64,000 bases of DNA from Eledone cirrhosa (lineage: Eukaryota), in assembly GCA_964016885.1 (NCBI GenBank), contig OZ024740.1, positions 139,066,001 through 139,130,000 on the forward strand. The letters are read 5' to 3'. This document shows, piece by piece, positions 11,762 through 24,700 of the stretch. A program made the position numbers and the translations under genes. Numbering within the stretch: the stretch's first letter is position 1; each line of letters opens with the position of its first letter. The notes below the pieces were generated by a model. The model saw only the letters and a list, made by a program, of their open reading frames with translations. It did not search any database and was not told the DNA's origin.

Positions 11762-14700
11762 GCTGTCGTCGTTGTTGCCATTGTTACTATTGTTGTTGCT
11801 ATTGTTGTTGTTGCTGTCGTTGTTGCCATTGTTACTATTGTTGTTGCTATTGTTGTTGTTGCTGTCGTCGTTGTTGCCATTGTTACTATTGTTGTTGCTA
11901 TTGTTGTTGTTGCTGTCGTCGTTGTTGCCATTGTTACTATTGTTGTTGCTATTGTTGTTGTTGCTGTCGTTGTTGTTGCCATTGTTACTATTGTTGTTGC
12001 TATTGTTGTTGTTGCTGTCGTTGTTGTTGCCATTGTTACTATTGTTGTTGCTATTGTTGTTGTTGCTGTCGTCGTTGTTGTCATTGTTACTGTTGTTGCT
12101 GTGGTTGTTGTTGCTATTGTTGTTGTTGCTGTCGTCGTTGTTGTCATTGTTACTGTTGTTTCTGTGGTTGTTGTTGCTATTGTTGTTGTTGCTGTCGTCG
12201 TTGTTGTCATTGTTACTGCTGTTTCTGTGGTTGTTTTTGCTATTGTTGTTGTTGCTGTCGTCGTTGTTGTCATTGTTACTGTTGTTTCTGTGGTTGTTGT
12301 TGCTATTGTTGTTGTTGCTGTCTTCGTTGTTGTCATTGTTACTGTTGTTGCTGTGGTTCCTGTTGCTATTGTTGTTGTTGCTGTCGTCGTTGTTGTCATT
12401 GTTACTGTTGTTTCTGTGGTTGTTGTTGCTATTGTTGTTGTTGCTGTCTTCGTTGTTGTTATTGTTACTGTTGTTGCTGTGGTTGTTGTTGATATTGTTG
12501 TTGTTGCTGTCTTCGTTGTTGTCATTGTTACTGTTGTTTCTGTGGTTGTAGTTGCTATTGTTGTTGTTGCTGTCGTCGTTGTTGTCATTGTTACTGTTGT
12601 TGCTGTGCTTGTTGTTGCTATTGTTGTTGTTGCTGTCGTCGTTGTTGTCATTGTTACTGTTATTTCTGTGGTTGTTGTTGCTATTGTTGTTGTTGCTGTC
12701 TTCGTTGTTGTCATTGTTACTGTTGTTTCTGTGGTTGTTGTTGCTATTGTTGTTGTTGCTGTCGTCGTTGTTGTCATTGTTACTGTTGTTGCTGTGGTTG
12801 TTGTTGATATTGTTGTTGTTGCTATCTTCGTTGTTGTCATTGTTACTGTTGTTTCTGTGGTTCCTGTTGCTATTGTTGTTGTTGCTGTCGTCGTTGTTGT
12901 CATTGTTACTGTTGTTTCTGTGGTTGTTGTTGCTATTGTTGTTGTTGCTGTCGTCGTTGTTGTCATTGTTACTGTTGTTTCTGTGGTTGTAGTTGCTATT
13001 GTTGTTGTTGCTGTCGTCGTTGTTGTCATTGTTACTGTTGTTGCTGTGCTTGTTGTTGCTATTGTTGTTGTTGCTGTCGTCGTTGTTGTCATTGTTACTG
13101 TTGTTTCTGTGGTTGTAGTTGCTATTGTTGTTGTTGCTGTCGTCGTTGTTGTCATTGTTACTGTTGTTTCTGTGGTTGTAGTTGCTATTGTTGTTGTTGC
13201 TGTCGTCGTTGTTGTCATTGTTACTGTTGTTGCTGTGCTTGTTGTTGCTATTGTTGTTGTTGCTGTCGTCGTTGTTGTCATTGTTACTGTTGTTTCTGTG
13301 GTTGTTGTTGCTATTGTTGTTGTTGCTGTCTTCGTTGTTGTCATTGTTACTGTTGTTTCTGTGGTTGTTGTTGCTATTGTTGTTGTTGCTGTCGTCGTTG
13401 TTGTCATTGTTACTGTTGTTGCTGTGGTTGTTGTTGATATTGTTGTTGTTGCTGTCGTCGTTGTTGTCATTGTTACTGTTGTTGCTGTGCTTGTTGTTGC
13501 TATTGTTGTTGTTGCTGTCGTCGTTGTTGTCATTGTTACTGTTGTTTCTGTGGTTGTTGTTGCTATTGTTGTTGTTGCTGTCTTCGTTGTTGTCATTGTT
13601 ACTGTTGTTTCTGTGGTTGTTGTTGCTATTGTTGTTGTTGCTGTCGTCGTTGTTGTCATTGTTACTGTTGTTGCTGTGGTTGTTGTTGATATTGTTGTTG
13701 TTGCTGTCTTCGTTGTTGTCATTGTTACTGTTGTTTCTGTGGTTGTTGTTGCTATTGTTGTTGTTGCTGTCGTCGTTGTTGTCATTGTTACTGTTGTTGC
13801 TGTGGTTGTTGTTGATATTGTTGTTGTTGCTGTCGTCGTTGTTGTCATTGTTACTGTTGTTGCTGTGCTTGTTGTTGCTATTGTTGTTGTTGCTGTCTTC
13901 GTTGTTGTCATTGTTACTGTTGTTGCTGTGGTTCCTGTTGCTATTGTTGTTGTTGCTGTCGTCGTTGTTGTCATTGTTACTGTTGTTTCTGTGGTTGTTG
14001 TTGCTATTGTTGTTGTTGCTGTCTTCGTTGTTGTTATTGTTACTGTTGTTGCTGTGGTTGTTGTTGATATTGTTGTTGTTGCTGTCTTCGTTGTTGTCAT
14101 TGTTACTGTTGTTTCTGTGGTTGTAGTTGCTATTGTTGTTGTTGCTGTCGTCGTTGTTGTCATTGTTACTGTTGTTGCTGTGCTTGTTGTTGCTATTGTT
14201 GTTGTTGCTGTCGTCGTTGTTGTCATTGTTACTGTTATTTCTGTGGTTGTTGTTGCTATTGTTGTTGTTGCTGTCTTCGTTGTTGTCATTGTTACTGTTG
14301 TTTCTGTGGTTGTTGTTGCTATTGTTGTTGTTGCTGTCGTCGTTGTTGTCATTGTTACTGTTGTTGCTGTGGTTGTTGTTGATATTGTTGTTGTTGCTAT
14401 CTTCGTTGTTGTCATTGTTACTGTTGTTTCTGTGGTTCCTGTTGCTATTGTTGTTGTTGCTGTCGTCGTTGTTGTCATTGTTACTGTTGTTTCTGTGGTT
14501 GTTGTTGCTATTGTTGTTGTTGCTGTCGTCGTTGTTGTCATTGTTACTGTTGTTTCTGTGGTTGTAGTTGCTATTGTTGTTGTTGCTGTCGTCGTTGTTG
14601 TCATTGTTACTGTTGTTGCTGTGCTTGTTGTTGCTATTGTTGTTGTTGCTGTCGTCGTTGTTGTCATTGTTACTGTTGTTTCTGTGGTTGTAGTTGCTAT

Positions 14701-15363
14701 TGTTGTTGTTGCTGTCGTCGTTGTTGTCATTGTTACTGTTGTTTCTGTGGTTGTAGTTGCTATTGTTGTTGTTGCTGTCGTCGTTGTTGTCATTGTTACT
14801 GTTGTTGCTGTGCTTGTTGTTGCTATTGTTGTTGTTGCTGTCGTCGTTGTTGTCATTGTTACTGTTGTTTCTGTGGTTGTTGTTGCTATTGTTGTTGTTG
14901 CTGTCTTCGTTGTTGTCATTGTTACTGTTGTTTCTGTGGTTGTTGTTGCTATTGTTGTTGTTGCTGTCGTCGTTGTTGTCATTGTTACTGTTGTTGCTGT
15001 GGTTGTTGTTGATATTGTTGTTGTTGCTGTCGTCGTTGTTGTCATTGTTACTGTTGTTGCTGTGCTTGTTGTTGCTATTGTTGTTGTTGCTGTCGTCGTT
15101 GTTGTCATTGTTACTGTTGTTTCTGTGGTTGTTGTTGCTATTGTTGTTGTTGCTGTCTTCGTTGTTGTCATTGTTACTGTTGTTTCTGTGGTTGTTGTTG
15201 CTATTGTTGTTGTTGCTGTCGTCGTTGTTGTCATTGTTACTGTTGTTGCTGTGGTTGTTGTTGATATTGTTGTTGTTGCTGTCGTCGTTGTTGTCATTGT
15301 TACTGTTGTTGCTGTGGTTGTTGTTGCTATTGTTGTTGTTGCTGTCGTCGTTGTTGTCATTGT
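11762..15363. repeat. Satellite array A: six ~51-bp units, then ~52 63-bp units, (GTT)-derived
   Basis: 63-mer GCTGTCGTCGTTGTTGTCATTGTTACTGTTGTT(G/T)CTGTGGTTGTTGTTGCTATTGTTGTTGTT. A 1575-bp (25-unit) internal duplication is shown by identical ORFs at 12552/14127 and 13182/14757. Confidence 0.97.
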
Positions 15364-15760
15364 GATGCTCTGATTGACTTTTTCAAATTTCATTTGAAAA
15401 GAAAATCAGAGTAGAGAGGGAAGTGCTCTCTTCCCAGCATTTTGTTGAAAGATGGGTGAGAGAAGCAAGAATGGCCCGAGTGAATGGGCCTACTCTGAGT
15501 ATATATCTGTAAATTAAAGGTGGAAAACTAGGAGAGGGCACTTGCCTTGGTGGTCAGGGTCATTGTGGCTTTTTACTGGGCTTTCTCCACAAATGTCCCT
15601 CCGAAGTCTGCCCCCTATTGGGGAATTTTTCATTGTTATTTTTTGTTACATCCTCTGATTTTGTTTTTTACACGCAGAAATGCCCATTTGTACCGTCCTG
15701 CATTGTCCTGCACTGTCCTTAATGTCTACTTTATGTAAACCCTTGTGGTTAATAAAGAAA
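15364..15760 (+). mobile_element. 5'-truncated L1/Tx1-type LINE (ORF2 C-terminus plus 3' UTR) inserted in the satellite
   Basis: Translates, with one frameshift, as DALIDFFKFHLKRK.RVEREVLSSQHFVERWVREARMARVNGPTLSIYL* (stop 15510-15512), homologous to the end of the 51575-54435 ORF. Ends CCCTTGTGGTTAATAAAGAAA. Candidate TSD T(C/T)ATTGT. Confidence 0.9.
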
Positions 15761-18700
15761 TTATTGTTACTGTTGTTTCTGTGGTTGTTGTTGCTATTGT
15801 TGTTGTTGCTGTCGTCGTTGTTGTCATTGTTACTGTTGTTGCTGTGGTTGTTGTTGCTATTGTTGTTGTTGCTGTCTTCGTTGTTGTCATTGTTACTGTT
15901 GTTGCTGTGGTTGTTGTTGCTATTGTTGTTGTTGCTGTCGTCGTTGTTGTCATTGTTACTGTTGTTTCTGTGGTTGTTGTTGCTATTGTTGTTGTTGCAG
16001 TCGTCGTTGTTGTCATTGTTACTGTTGTTGCTGTGGTTGTTGTTGCTATTGTTGTTGTTGCTGTCGTCGTTGTTGTCATTGTTACTGTTGTTTCTGTGGT
16101 TGTTGTTGCTATTGTTGTTGTTGCTGTCGTCGTTATTGTCATTGTTACTGTTGTTTCTGTAGTTGTTGTTGCTATTGTTGTTGTTGCTGTCGTCGTTGTT
16201 GTCATTGTTACTGTTGTTTCTGTGGTTGTTGTTGCTATTGTTGTTGTTGCTGTCGTCGTTGTTGTCATTGTTACTGTTGTTTCTGTGGTTGTTGTTGCTA
16301 TTGTTGTTGTTGCTGTCGTCGTTGTTGTCATTGTTACTGTTGTTTCTGTAGTTGTTGTTGCTATTGTTGTTGTTGCTGTCGTCGTTGTTGTCATTGTTAC
16401 TGTTGTTTCTGTGGTTGTTGTTGCTATTGTTGTTGTTGCCGTCGTCGTTGTTGTCATTGTTACTGTTGTTGCTGTGGTTGTTGTTGCTATAGTTGTTGTT
16501 GCTGTTGTCATTGTTACTGTTGTTTCTGTGGTTGTTGTTGCTATTGTTGTTGTTGCTGTCGTCTTTGTTGTCATTCTTACTGCTGTTGTTGCTGTGGTTG
16601 CTGTAGCTATTGTTGTTGTTGCTGTCGTCGTTGTTGTTATTGTTACTGCTGTTTCTGTGGTTGTTGTTGCTATTGTTGTTGTTGCTGTCTTCGTTGTTGT
16701 CATTGTTACTATTGTTTCTGTGGTTGTTGTTGCTATTGTTGTTGTTGCTGTCGTCGTTGTTGTCATTGTTACTCTTGTTTCTGTGGTTGTTGTTGCTATT
16801 GTGGTTGTTGCTGTCGTCGTTGTTGTCATTGTTACTGTTGTTGCTGTGGTTGTTGTTGCTATTGTTGTTGTTGCTGTCGTCGTTGTTGTCATTGTTACTG
16901 TTGTTTCTGTGGTTGTTGTTGCTATTGTTGCTGTTGCTGTCGTCGTTGTTGTCATTGTTACTGTTGTTGCTGTGGTTGTTGTTGCTATTGTTGTTGTTGC
17001 TGTCGTCGTTGTTGTCATTGTTACTGTTGTTTCTGTGGTTGTTGTTGCTATTGTTGTTGTTGCTGTCGTCGTTGTTGTCATTCTTACTGCTGTTGTTGCT
17101 GTGGTTGCTGTTGCTATTGTTGTTGTTGCTGTCGTCGTTGTTGTCATTGTTACTGTTGTTTCTGTGGTTGTTGTTGCTATTGTTGTTGTTGCTGTCGTCG
17201 TTGTTGTCATTGTTACTGTTGTTGCTGTGGTTGCTGTTGCTATAGTTGTTGTTGCTGTCGTCGTTGTTGTCATTGTTACTGCTGTTGCTGTGGTTGTTGT
17301 TGCTATTGTTGTTGTTGCTGTCGTCGTTGTTGTCATTGTTACTGTTGTTGCTGTGGTTGTTGTTGCTATTGTTGTTGTTGCTGTCCTCGTTGTTGTTATT
17401 GTTACTGTTGTTGCTGTTGCTATTGTTGTTGTTGCTGTCGTCGTTGTTGTCATTGTTACTGTTGTTTCTGTGGTTGTTGTTGCTATTGTTGTTGTTGCTG
17501 TCGTCGTTGTTGTTATTGTTACTGTTGTTGCTGTGGTTGTTGTTGCTATTGTTGTTGTTGCTGTCGTCGTTGTTGTTATTGTTACTGTTGTTGCTGTGGT
17601 TGTTGTTGCTATTGTTGTTGTTGCTGTCGTCGTTGTTGTCATTGTTACTGCTGTTGTTGCTGTGGTTGCTGTTGCTATTATTGTTGTTGCTGTCGTCGTT
17701 GTTGTCATTGTTACTGTTGTTTCTGTGGTTGTTGTTGCTATTGTTGTTGTTGCTGTCGTCGTTGTTGTCATTGTTACTCTTGTTTCTGTGGTTGTTATTG
17801 CTATTGTGGTTGTTGCTGTCGTCGTTGTTGTCATTGTTACTGCTGTTGCTGTGGTTGTTGTTGCTATTGTTGTTGTTGCTGTCGTCGTTGTTGTCATTGT
17901 TACTGTTGTTGCTGTGGTTGTTGTTGCTATTGTTGTTGTTGCTGTCCTCGTTGTTGTTATTGTTACTGTTGTTGCTGTTGCTATTGTTGTTGTTGCTGTC
18001 GTCGTTGTTGTCATTGTTACTGTTGTTGCTGTGGTTGTTGTTGCTATTGTTGTTGTTGCTGTCGTCGTTGTTGTCATTGTTACTGTTGTTTCTGTGGTTG
18101 TTGTTGCTATTATTGTTGTTGCTGTCGTCGTTGTTGTCATTGTTACTGTTGTTGCTGTGGTTGTTGTTGCTATTGTTGTTGTTGCTGTCGTCGTTGTTGT
18201 CATTGTTACTGTTGTTTCTGTGGTTGTTGTTGCTATTGTTGTTGTTGCTGTCGTCGTTGTTGTCATTCTTACTGCTGTTGTTGCTGTGGTTGCTGTTGCT
18301 ATTGTTGTTGTTGCTGTCGTCGTTGTTGTCATTGTTACTGTTGTTTCTGTGGTTGTTGTTGCTATTGTTGTTGTTGCTGTCGTCGTTGTTGTCATTGTTA
18401 CTGTTGTTGCTGTGGTTGCTGTTGCTATTGTTGTTGTTGCTGTCGTCGTTGTTGTCATTGTTACTGCTGTTGATGTGGTTGTTGTTGCTATTGTTGTTGT
18501 TGCTGTCGTCGTTGTTGTCATTGTTACTGTTGTTGCTGTGGTTGTTGTTGCTATTGTTGTTGTTGCTGTCGTCGTTGTTGTTATTGTTACTGGTGTTGCT
18601 GTTGCTATTGTTGTTGTTGCTGTCGTCGTTGTTGTCATTGTTACTGTTGTTTCTGTGGTTGTTGTTGCTATTGTTGTTGTTGCTGTCGTCGTTGTTGTTA

Positions 18701-21700
18701 TTGTTACTGTTGTTGCTGTGGTTGTTGTTGCTATTGTTGTTGTTGCTGTCGTCGTTGTTGTCATTGTTACTGCAGTTGTTGCTGTGGTTGCTGTTGCTAT
18801 TGTTGTTGTTGTCGTCGTTGTTGTCATTGTTACTGTTGTTTCTGTGGTTGTTGTTGCTATTGTTGTTGTTGTTATCGTCGTTGTTGTCATTGTTACTGTT
18901 GTTGCTGTGGTTGTTGTTGCTATCGTCGTTGTTGTCATTATTACTGTTGTTGCTGTGCTTGTTGTTGCTATTGTTGTTGTTGCTGTCATCGTTGTTGTCA
19001 TTGTTACTGTTGTTGCTGTGGTTGTTGTTGCTATTGTTGTTGTTGCTGTCGTCGTTGTTGTCATTGTTACTGTTGTTGCTGTGGTTGTTGTTGCTATTGT
19101 TGTTGTTGCTCTCGTCGTTGTTGTCATTGTTACTGTTGTTTCTGTAGTTGTTGTTGCTATTGTTGTTGTTGCTGTCGTCGTTGTTGTCATTGTTACTGTT
19201 GTTGCTGTAGTTGTTGTTGCTATTGTTGTTGTTGCTGTCGTCGTTGTTGTCATTGTTACTGTTGTTTCTGTGGTTGTTGTTGCTATTGTTGTTGTTGCTG
19301 TCGTCGTTGTTGTCATTGTTACTGTTGTTTCTCTGGTTGTTGTTGCTATTGTTGTTGTTGCTGTCGTCGTTGTTGTCATTGTTACTGTTGTTTCTGTGGT
19401 TGTTGTTGCTATTGTTGTTGTTGCTGTCGTGGTTGTTGTCATTGTTACTGTTGTTTCTGTGGTTGTTGTTGCTATTGTTGTTGTTGCTGTCGTCGTTGTT
19501 GTCATTCTTACTGCTGTTGTTGCTGTGGTTGCTGTTGCTATTGTTGTTGTTGCTGTCGTCGTTGTTGTCATTGTTAGTGCTGTTTCTGTGGTTGTTGTTG
19601 CTATTGTTGTTGTTGCTGTCTTCGTTGTTGTCATTGTTACTATTGTTTCTGTGGTTGTTGTTGCTATTGTTGTTGTTGCTGTCGTCGTTGTTGTCATTGT
19701 TACTGTTGTTTCTGTGGTTGTTGTTGCTATTGTGGTTGTTGCTGTCGTCGTTGTTGTCATTGTTACTGTTGTTGCTGTGGTTGTTGTTGTTATTGTTGTT
19801 GTTGCTGTCGTCGTTGTTGTCATTGTTACTGTTGTTGCTGTGGTTGTTGTTGCTATTGTTGTTGTCGCTGTCGTCGTTGTTGTCATTGTTACTGTTGTTT
19901 CTGTGGTTGTTGTTGCTATTGTTGTTGTTGCTGTCGTCGTTGTTGTCATTGTTACTGTTGTTGCTGTGGTTGTTTTTGCTATTGTTGTTGTTGCTGTCAT
20001 CGTTGTCATTGTTACTGTTGTTTCTGTGGTTGTTGTCATTGTTACTGTTGTTTCTGTGGTTGTTGTTGCTATTGTTGTTGTTGCTGTCGTCGTTGTTGTC
20101 ATTGTTACTGTTGTTTCTGTGGTTGTTGTTGCTATTGTTGTTGTCGCTGTCGTCGTTGTTGTCATTGTTACTGTTGTTTCTGTGGTTGTTGTTGCTATTG
20201 TTGTTGTTGCTGTCGTCGTTGTTGTCATTGTTACTGTTGTTGCTGTGGTTGCTGTTGCTATTGTTGTTGTTGCTGTCGTCGTTGTTGTCATTGTTAATGC
20301 TTTTGCTGTGGTTGTTGTTGTTATTGTTGTTGTTGCTGTCGTCGTTGTTGTCATTGTTACTGTTGTTGCTGTGGTTGTTGTTGCTATTGTTGTTGTTGCT
20401 GTCGTTGTTGTTATTGTTACTGTTGTTGCTGTTGCTATTGTTGTTGTTGCTGTCGTCGTTGTTGTCATTGTTACTGTTGATTCTGTGGTTGTTGTTGCTA
20501 TTGTTGTTGTTGCTGTCGTCGTTGTTGTTATTGTTACTGATGTTGCTGTGGTTGTTGTTGCTATTGTTGTTGTTGCTGTCGTCGTTGTTGTTATTGTTAC
20601 TGTTGTTGCTGTGCTTGTTGTTGCTATTGTTGTTGTTGCTGTCGTCGTTGTTGTCATTGTTACTGCTGTTGTTGCTGTGGTTGCTGTTGCTATTGTTGTT
20701 GTTGCTGTCGTCGTTGTTGTCATTGTTACTGTTGTTTCTGTGGTTGTTGTTGCTATTGTTGTTGTTGCTGTCGTCGTTGTTGTCATTGTTACTGTTGTTG
20801 CTGTGGTTGTTGTTGCTATTGTTGTTGTTGCTGTCGTCGTTGTTGTCATTGTTACTGTTGTTGCTGTGCTTGTTGTTGCTATTGTTGTTGTTGCTGTCGT
20901 CGTTGTTGTCATTGTTACTGTTGTTGCTGTGGTTGTTGTTGCTATTGTTGTTGCTGTCGTCGTTGTTGTCATTGTTACTGTTGTTGTTGCTGTGGTTGTT
21001 GTTGCTATTGTTGTTGTTGCTCTCGTCGTTGTTGTCATTGTTACTGTTGTTTCTGTAGTTGTTGTTGCTATTGTTGTTGTTGCTGTCGTCGTTGTTGTCA
21101 TTGTTACTGTTGTTGCTGTGGTTGTTGTTGCTATTGTTGTTGTTGCTGTCGTCGTTGTTGTCATTGTTACTGTTGTTTCTGTGGTTGTTGTTGCTATTGT
21201 TGTTGTTGCTGTCGTCGTTGTTGTCATTGTTACTGTTGTTTCTGAGCTTGTTGTTGCTATTGTTGTTGTTGCTGTCGTCGTTGTTGTCATTGTTACTGTT
21301 GTTTCTGTAGTTGTTGTTGCTATTGTTGTTGTTGCTGTCGTCGTTGTTGTCATTGTTACTGTTGTTTCTGTTGCTGTTGTTGTCGTTGCTGTCGTCGTTG
21401 TTGTCATTGTTACTGTTGTTTCTGTGGTTGTTGTTGCTATTGTTGTTCTTGCTGTCGTCGTTGTTGTCATTGTTACTGTTGTTGCTGTGCTTGTTGTTGC
21501 TATTGTTGTTGTTGCTGTCGTCGTTGTTGTCATTGTTACTGTTGTTGCTGTGGTTGTTGTTGCTATTGTTGTTGTTGCTGTCGTCATTGTTGTCATTGTT
21601 ACTGTTGTTTCTGTGGTTGTTGTTGCTATTGTTGTTGTTGCTGTCGTCGTTGTTGTCATTGTTACTGTTGTTGCTGTGGTTGTTGTTGCTATTGTTGTTG

Positions 21701-24700
21701 TTGTTGCTGTCGTCGTTGTTGTCATTGTTACTGTTGTTTCTGTGGTTGTTGTTGCTATTGTTGTTGTTGCTGTCGTCGTTGTTGTCATTGTTACTGTTGT
21801 TGCTGTGGTTGTTGTTGCTATTGTTGTTCTTGGTGTCGTCGTTGTTGTCATTGTTAGTGTTGTTGCTGTGCTTGTTGTTGCTATTGTTGTTGTTGCTGTC
21901 GTCGTTGTTGTCATTGTTACTGCTGTTTCTCTGCGTGTTGTTGCTATTGTTGTTGTTGCTGTCGTCGTTGTTGTCATTGTTACTGTTGTTGCTGTGGTTG
22001 TTGTTGCTATTGTTGTTGTTGCTGTCGTCGTTGTTGTCATTGTTACTGTTGTTTCTGTAGTTGTTGTTGCTATTGTTGTTGTTGCTGTCGTCGTTGTTGT
22101 CATTGTTACTGTTGTTTCTGTTGCTGTTGTTGTCGTTGCTGTCGTCGTTGTTGTCATTGTTACTGTTGTTGCTGTGGTTGTTGTTGCTATTGTTGTTCTT
22201 GCTGTCGTCGTTGTTGTCATTGTTACTGTTGTTGCTGTGCTTGTTGTTGCTATTGTTGTTGTTGCTGTCGTCGTTGTTGTCATTGTTACTGTTGTTGCTA
22301 TGGTTGTTGTTGCTATTGTTGTTGTTGCTGTCGTCGTTGTTGTCATTGTTACTGTTGTTTATGTGGTTGTTGTTGCTATTGTTGTTGTTGCTGTCGTCGT
22401 TATTGTCATTGTTACTGTTGTTGCTGTGGTTGTTGTTGCTATTGTTGTTGTTGTTGCTGTCGTCGTTGTTGTCATTGTTACTGTTGTTGCTGTGGTTGTT
22501 GTTGCTATTGTTGTCCTTGGTGTCGTCGTTGTTGTCATTGTTAGTGTTGTTGCTGTGCTTGTTGTTGCTATTGTTGTTGTTGCTGTCGTCGTTGTTGTCA
22601 TTGTTACTGCTGTTTCTGTGGTTGTTGTTGCTATTGTTGTTGTTGCTGTCGTCGTTGTTGTCATTGTTACTCTTGTTTCTGTGGTTGTTGTTGCTATTGT
22701 TGTTGTTGCTGTCGTCGTTGTTGTCATTGTTGCTGTCGTTGCTGTCGTTGTTGTTGCTATTGTTGCTGTTGCTGTCGTGGTTGTTGTCATTGTTAGTGTT
22801 GTTTCTGTGGTTGTTGTTGCTATTGTTGTTGCTATTGTTGTTGTTGCTGTCGTCGTTGTTGTAATTGTTACTGTTGTTGCTGTGGTTGTTGTTGCTATTG
22901 TTGTTGTTGCTGTCGTCGTTGTTGTCATTGTTACTGTTGTTTCTGTGGTTGTTGTTGCTATTGTTGTTGTTGCTGTCGTCTTTGTTGTCATTCTTACTGC
23001 TGTTGTTGCTGTGGTTGCTGTAGCTATTGTTGTTGTTGCTGTCGTCGTTGTTGTCATTGTTACTGCTGTTTCTGTGGTTGTTGTTGCTATTGTTGTTGTT
23101 GCTGTCTTCGTTGTTGTCATTGTTACTATTGTTTCTGTGGTTGTTGTTGCTATTGTTGTTGTTGCTGTCGTCGTTGTTGTCATTGTTAATGCTTTTGCTG
23201 TGGTTGTTGTTGTAATTGTTGTTGTTGCTGTCGTCGTTGTTGTCATTGTTACTGTTGTTGCTGTGGTTGTTGTTGCTATTGTTGTTGTTGCTGTCGTTGT
23301 TGTTATTGTTACTGTTGTTGCTGTTGCTATTGTTGTTGTTGCTGTCGTCGTTGTTGTCATTGTTACTGTTGATTCTGTGGTTGTTGTTGCTATTGTTGTT
23401 GTTGCTGTCGTCGTTGTTGTTATTGTTACTGATGTTGCTGTGGTTGTTGTTGCTATTGTTGTTGTTGCTGTCGTCGTTGTTGTTATTGTTACTGTTGTTG
23501 CTGTGCTTGTTGTTGCTATTGTTGTTGTTGCTGTCGTCGTTGTTGTCATTGTTACTGCTGTTGTTGCTGTGGTTGCTGTTGCTATTGTTGTTGTTGCTGT
23601 CGTCGTTGTTGTCATTGTTACTGTTGTTTCTGTGGTTGTTGTTGCTATTGTTGTTGTTGCTGTCGTCGTTGTTGTCATTGTTACTGTTGTTGCTGTGGTT
23701 GTTGTTGCTATTGTTGTTGTTGCTGTCGTCGTTGTTGTCATTGTTACTGTTGTTGCTGTGCTTGTTGTTGCTATTGTTGTTGTTGCTGTCGTCGTTGTTG
23801 TCATTGTTACTGTTGTTGCTGTGGTTGTTGTTGCTATTGTTGTTGCTGTCGTCGTTGTTGTCATTGTTACTGTTGTTGTTGCTGTGGTTGTTGTTGCTAT
23901 TGTTGTTGTTGCTCTCGTCGTTGTTGTCATTGTTACTGTTGTTTCTGTAGTTGTTGTTGCTATTGTTGTTGTTGCTGTCGTCGTTGTTGTCATTGTTACT
24001 GTTGTTGCTGTGGTTGTTGTTGCTATTGTTGTTGTTGCTGTCGTCGTTGTTGTCATTGTTACTGTTGTTTCTGTGGTTGTTGTTGCTATTGTTGTTGTTG
24101 CTGTCGTCGTTGTTGTCATTGTTACTGTTGTTTCTGAGCTTGTTGTTGCTATTGTTGTTGTTGCTGTCGTCGTTGTTGTCATTGTTACTGTTGTTTCTGT
24201 AGTTGTTGTTGCTATTGTTGTTGTTGCTGTCGTCGTTGTTGTCATTGTTACTGTTGTTTCTGTTGCTGTTGTTGTCGTTGCTGTCGTCGTTGTTGTCATT
24301 GTTACTGTTGTTTCTGTGGTTGTTGTTGCTATTGTTGTTCTTGCTGTCGTCGTTGTTGTCATTGTTACTGTTGTTGCTGTGCTTGTTGTTGCTATTGTTG
24401 TTGTTGCTGTCGTCGTTGTTGTCATTGTTACTGTTGTTGCTGTGGTTGTTGTTGCTATTGTTGTTGTTGCTGTCGTCATTGTTGTCATTGTTACTGTTGT
24501 TTCTGTGGTTGTTGTTGCTATTGTTGTTGTTGCTGTCGTCGTTGTTGTCATTGTTACTGTTGTTGCTGTGGTTGTTGTTGCTATTGTTGTTGTTGTTGCT
24601 GTCGTCGTTGTTGTCATTGTTACTGTTGTTTCTGTGGTTGTTGTTGCTATTGTTGTTGTTGCTGTCGTCGTTGTTGTCATTGTTACTGTTGTTGCTGTGG

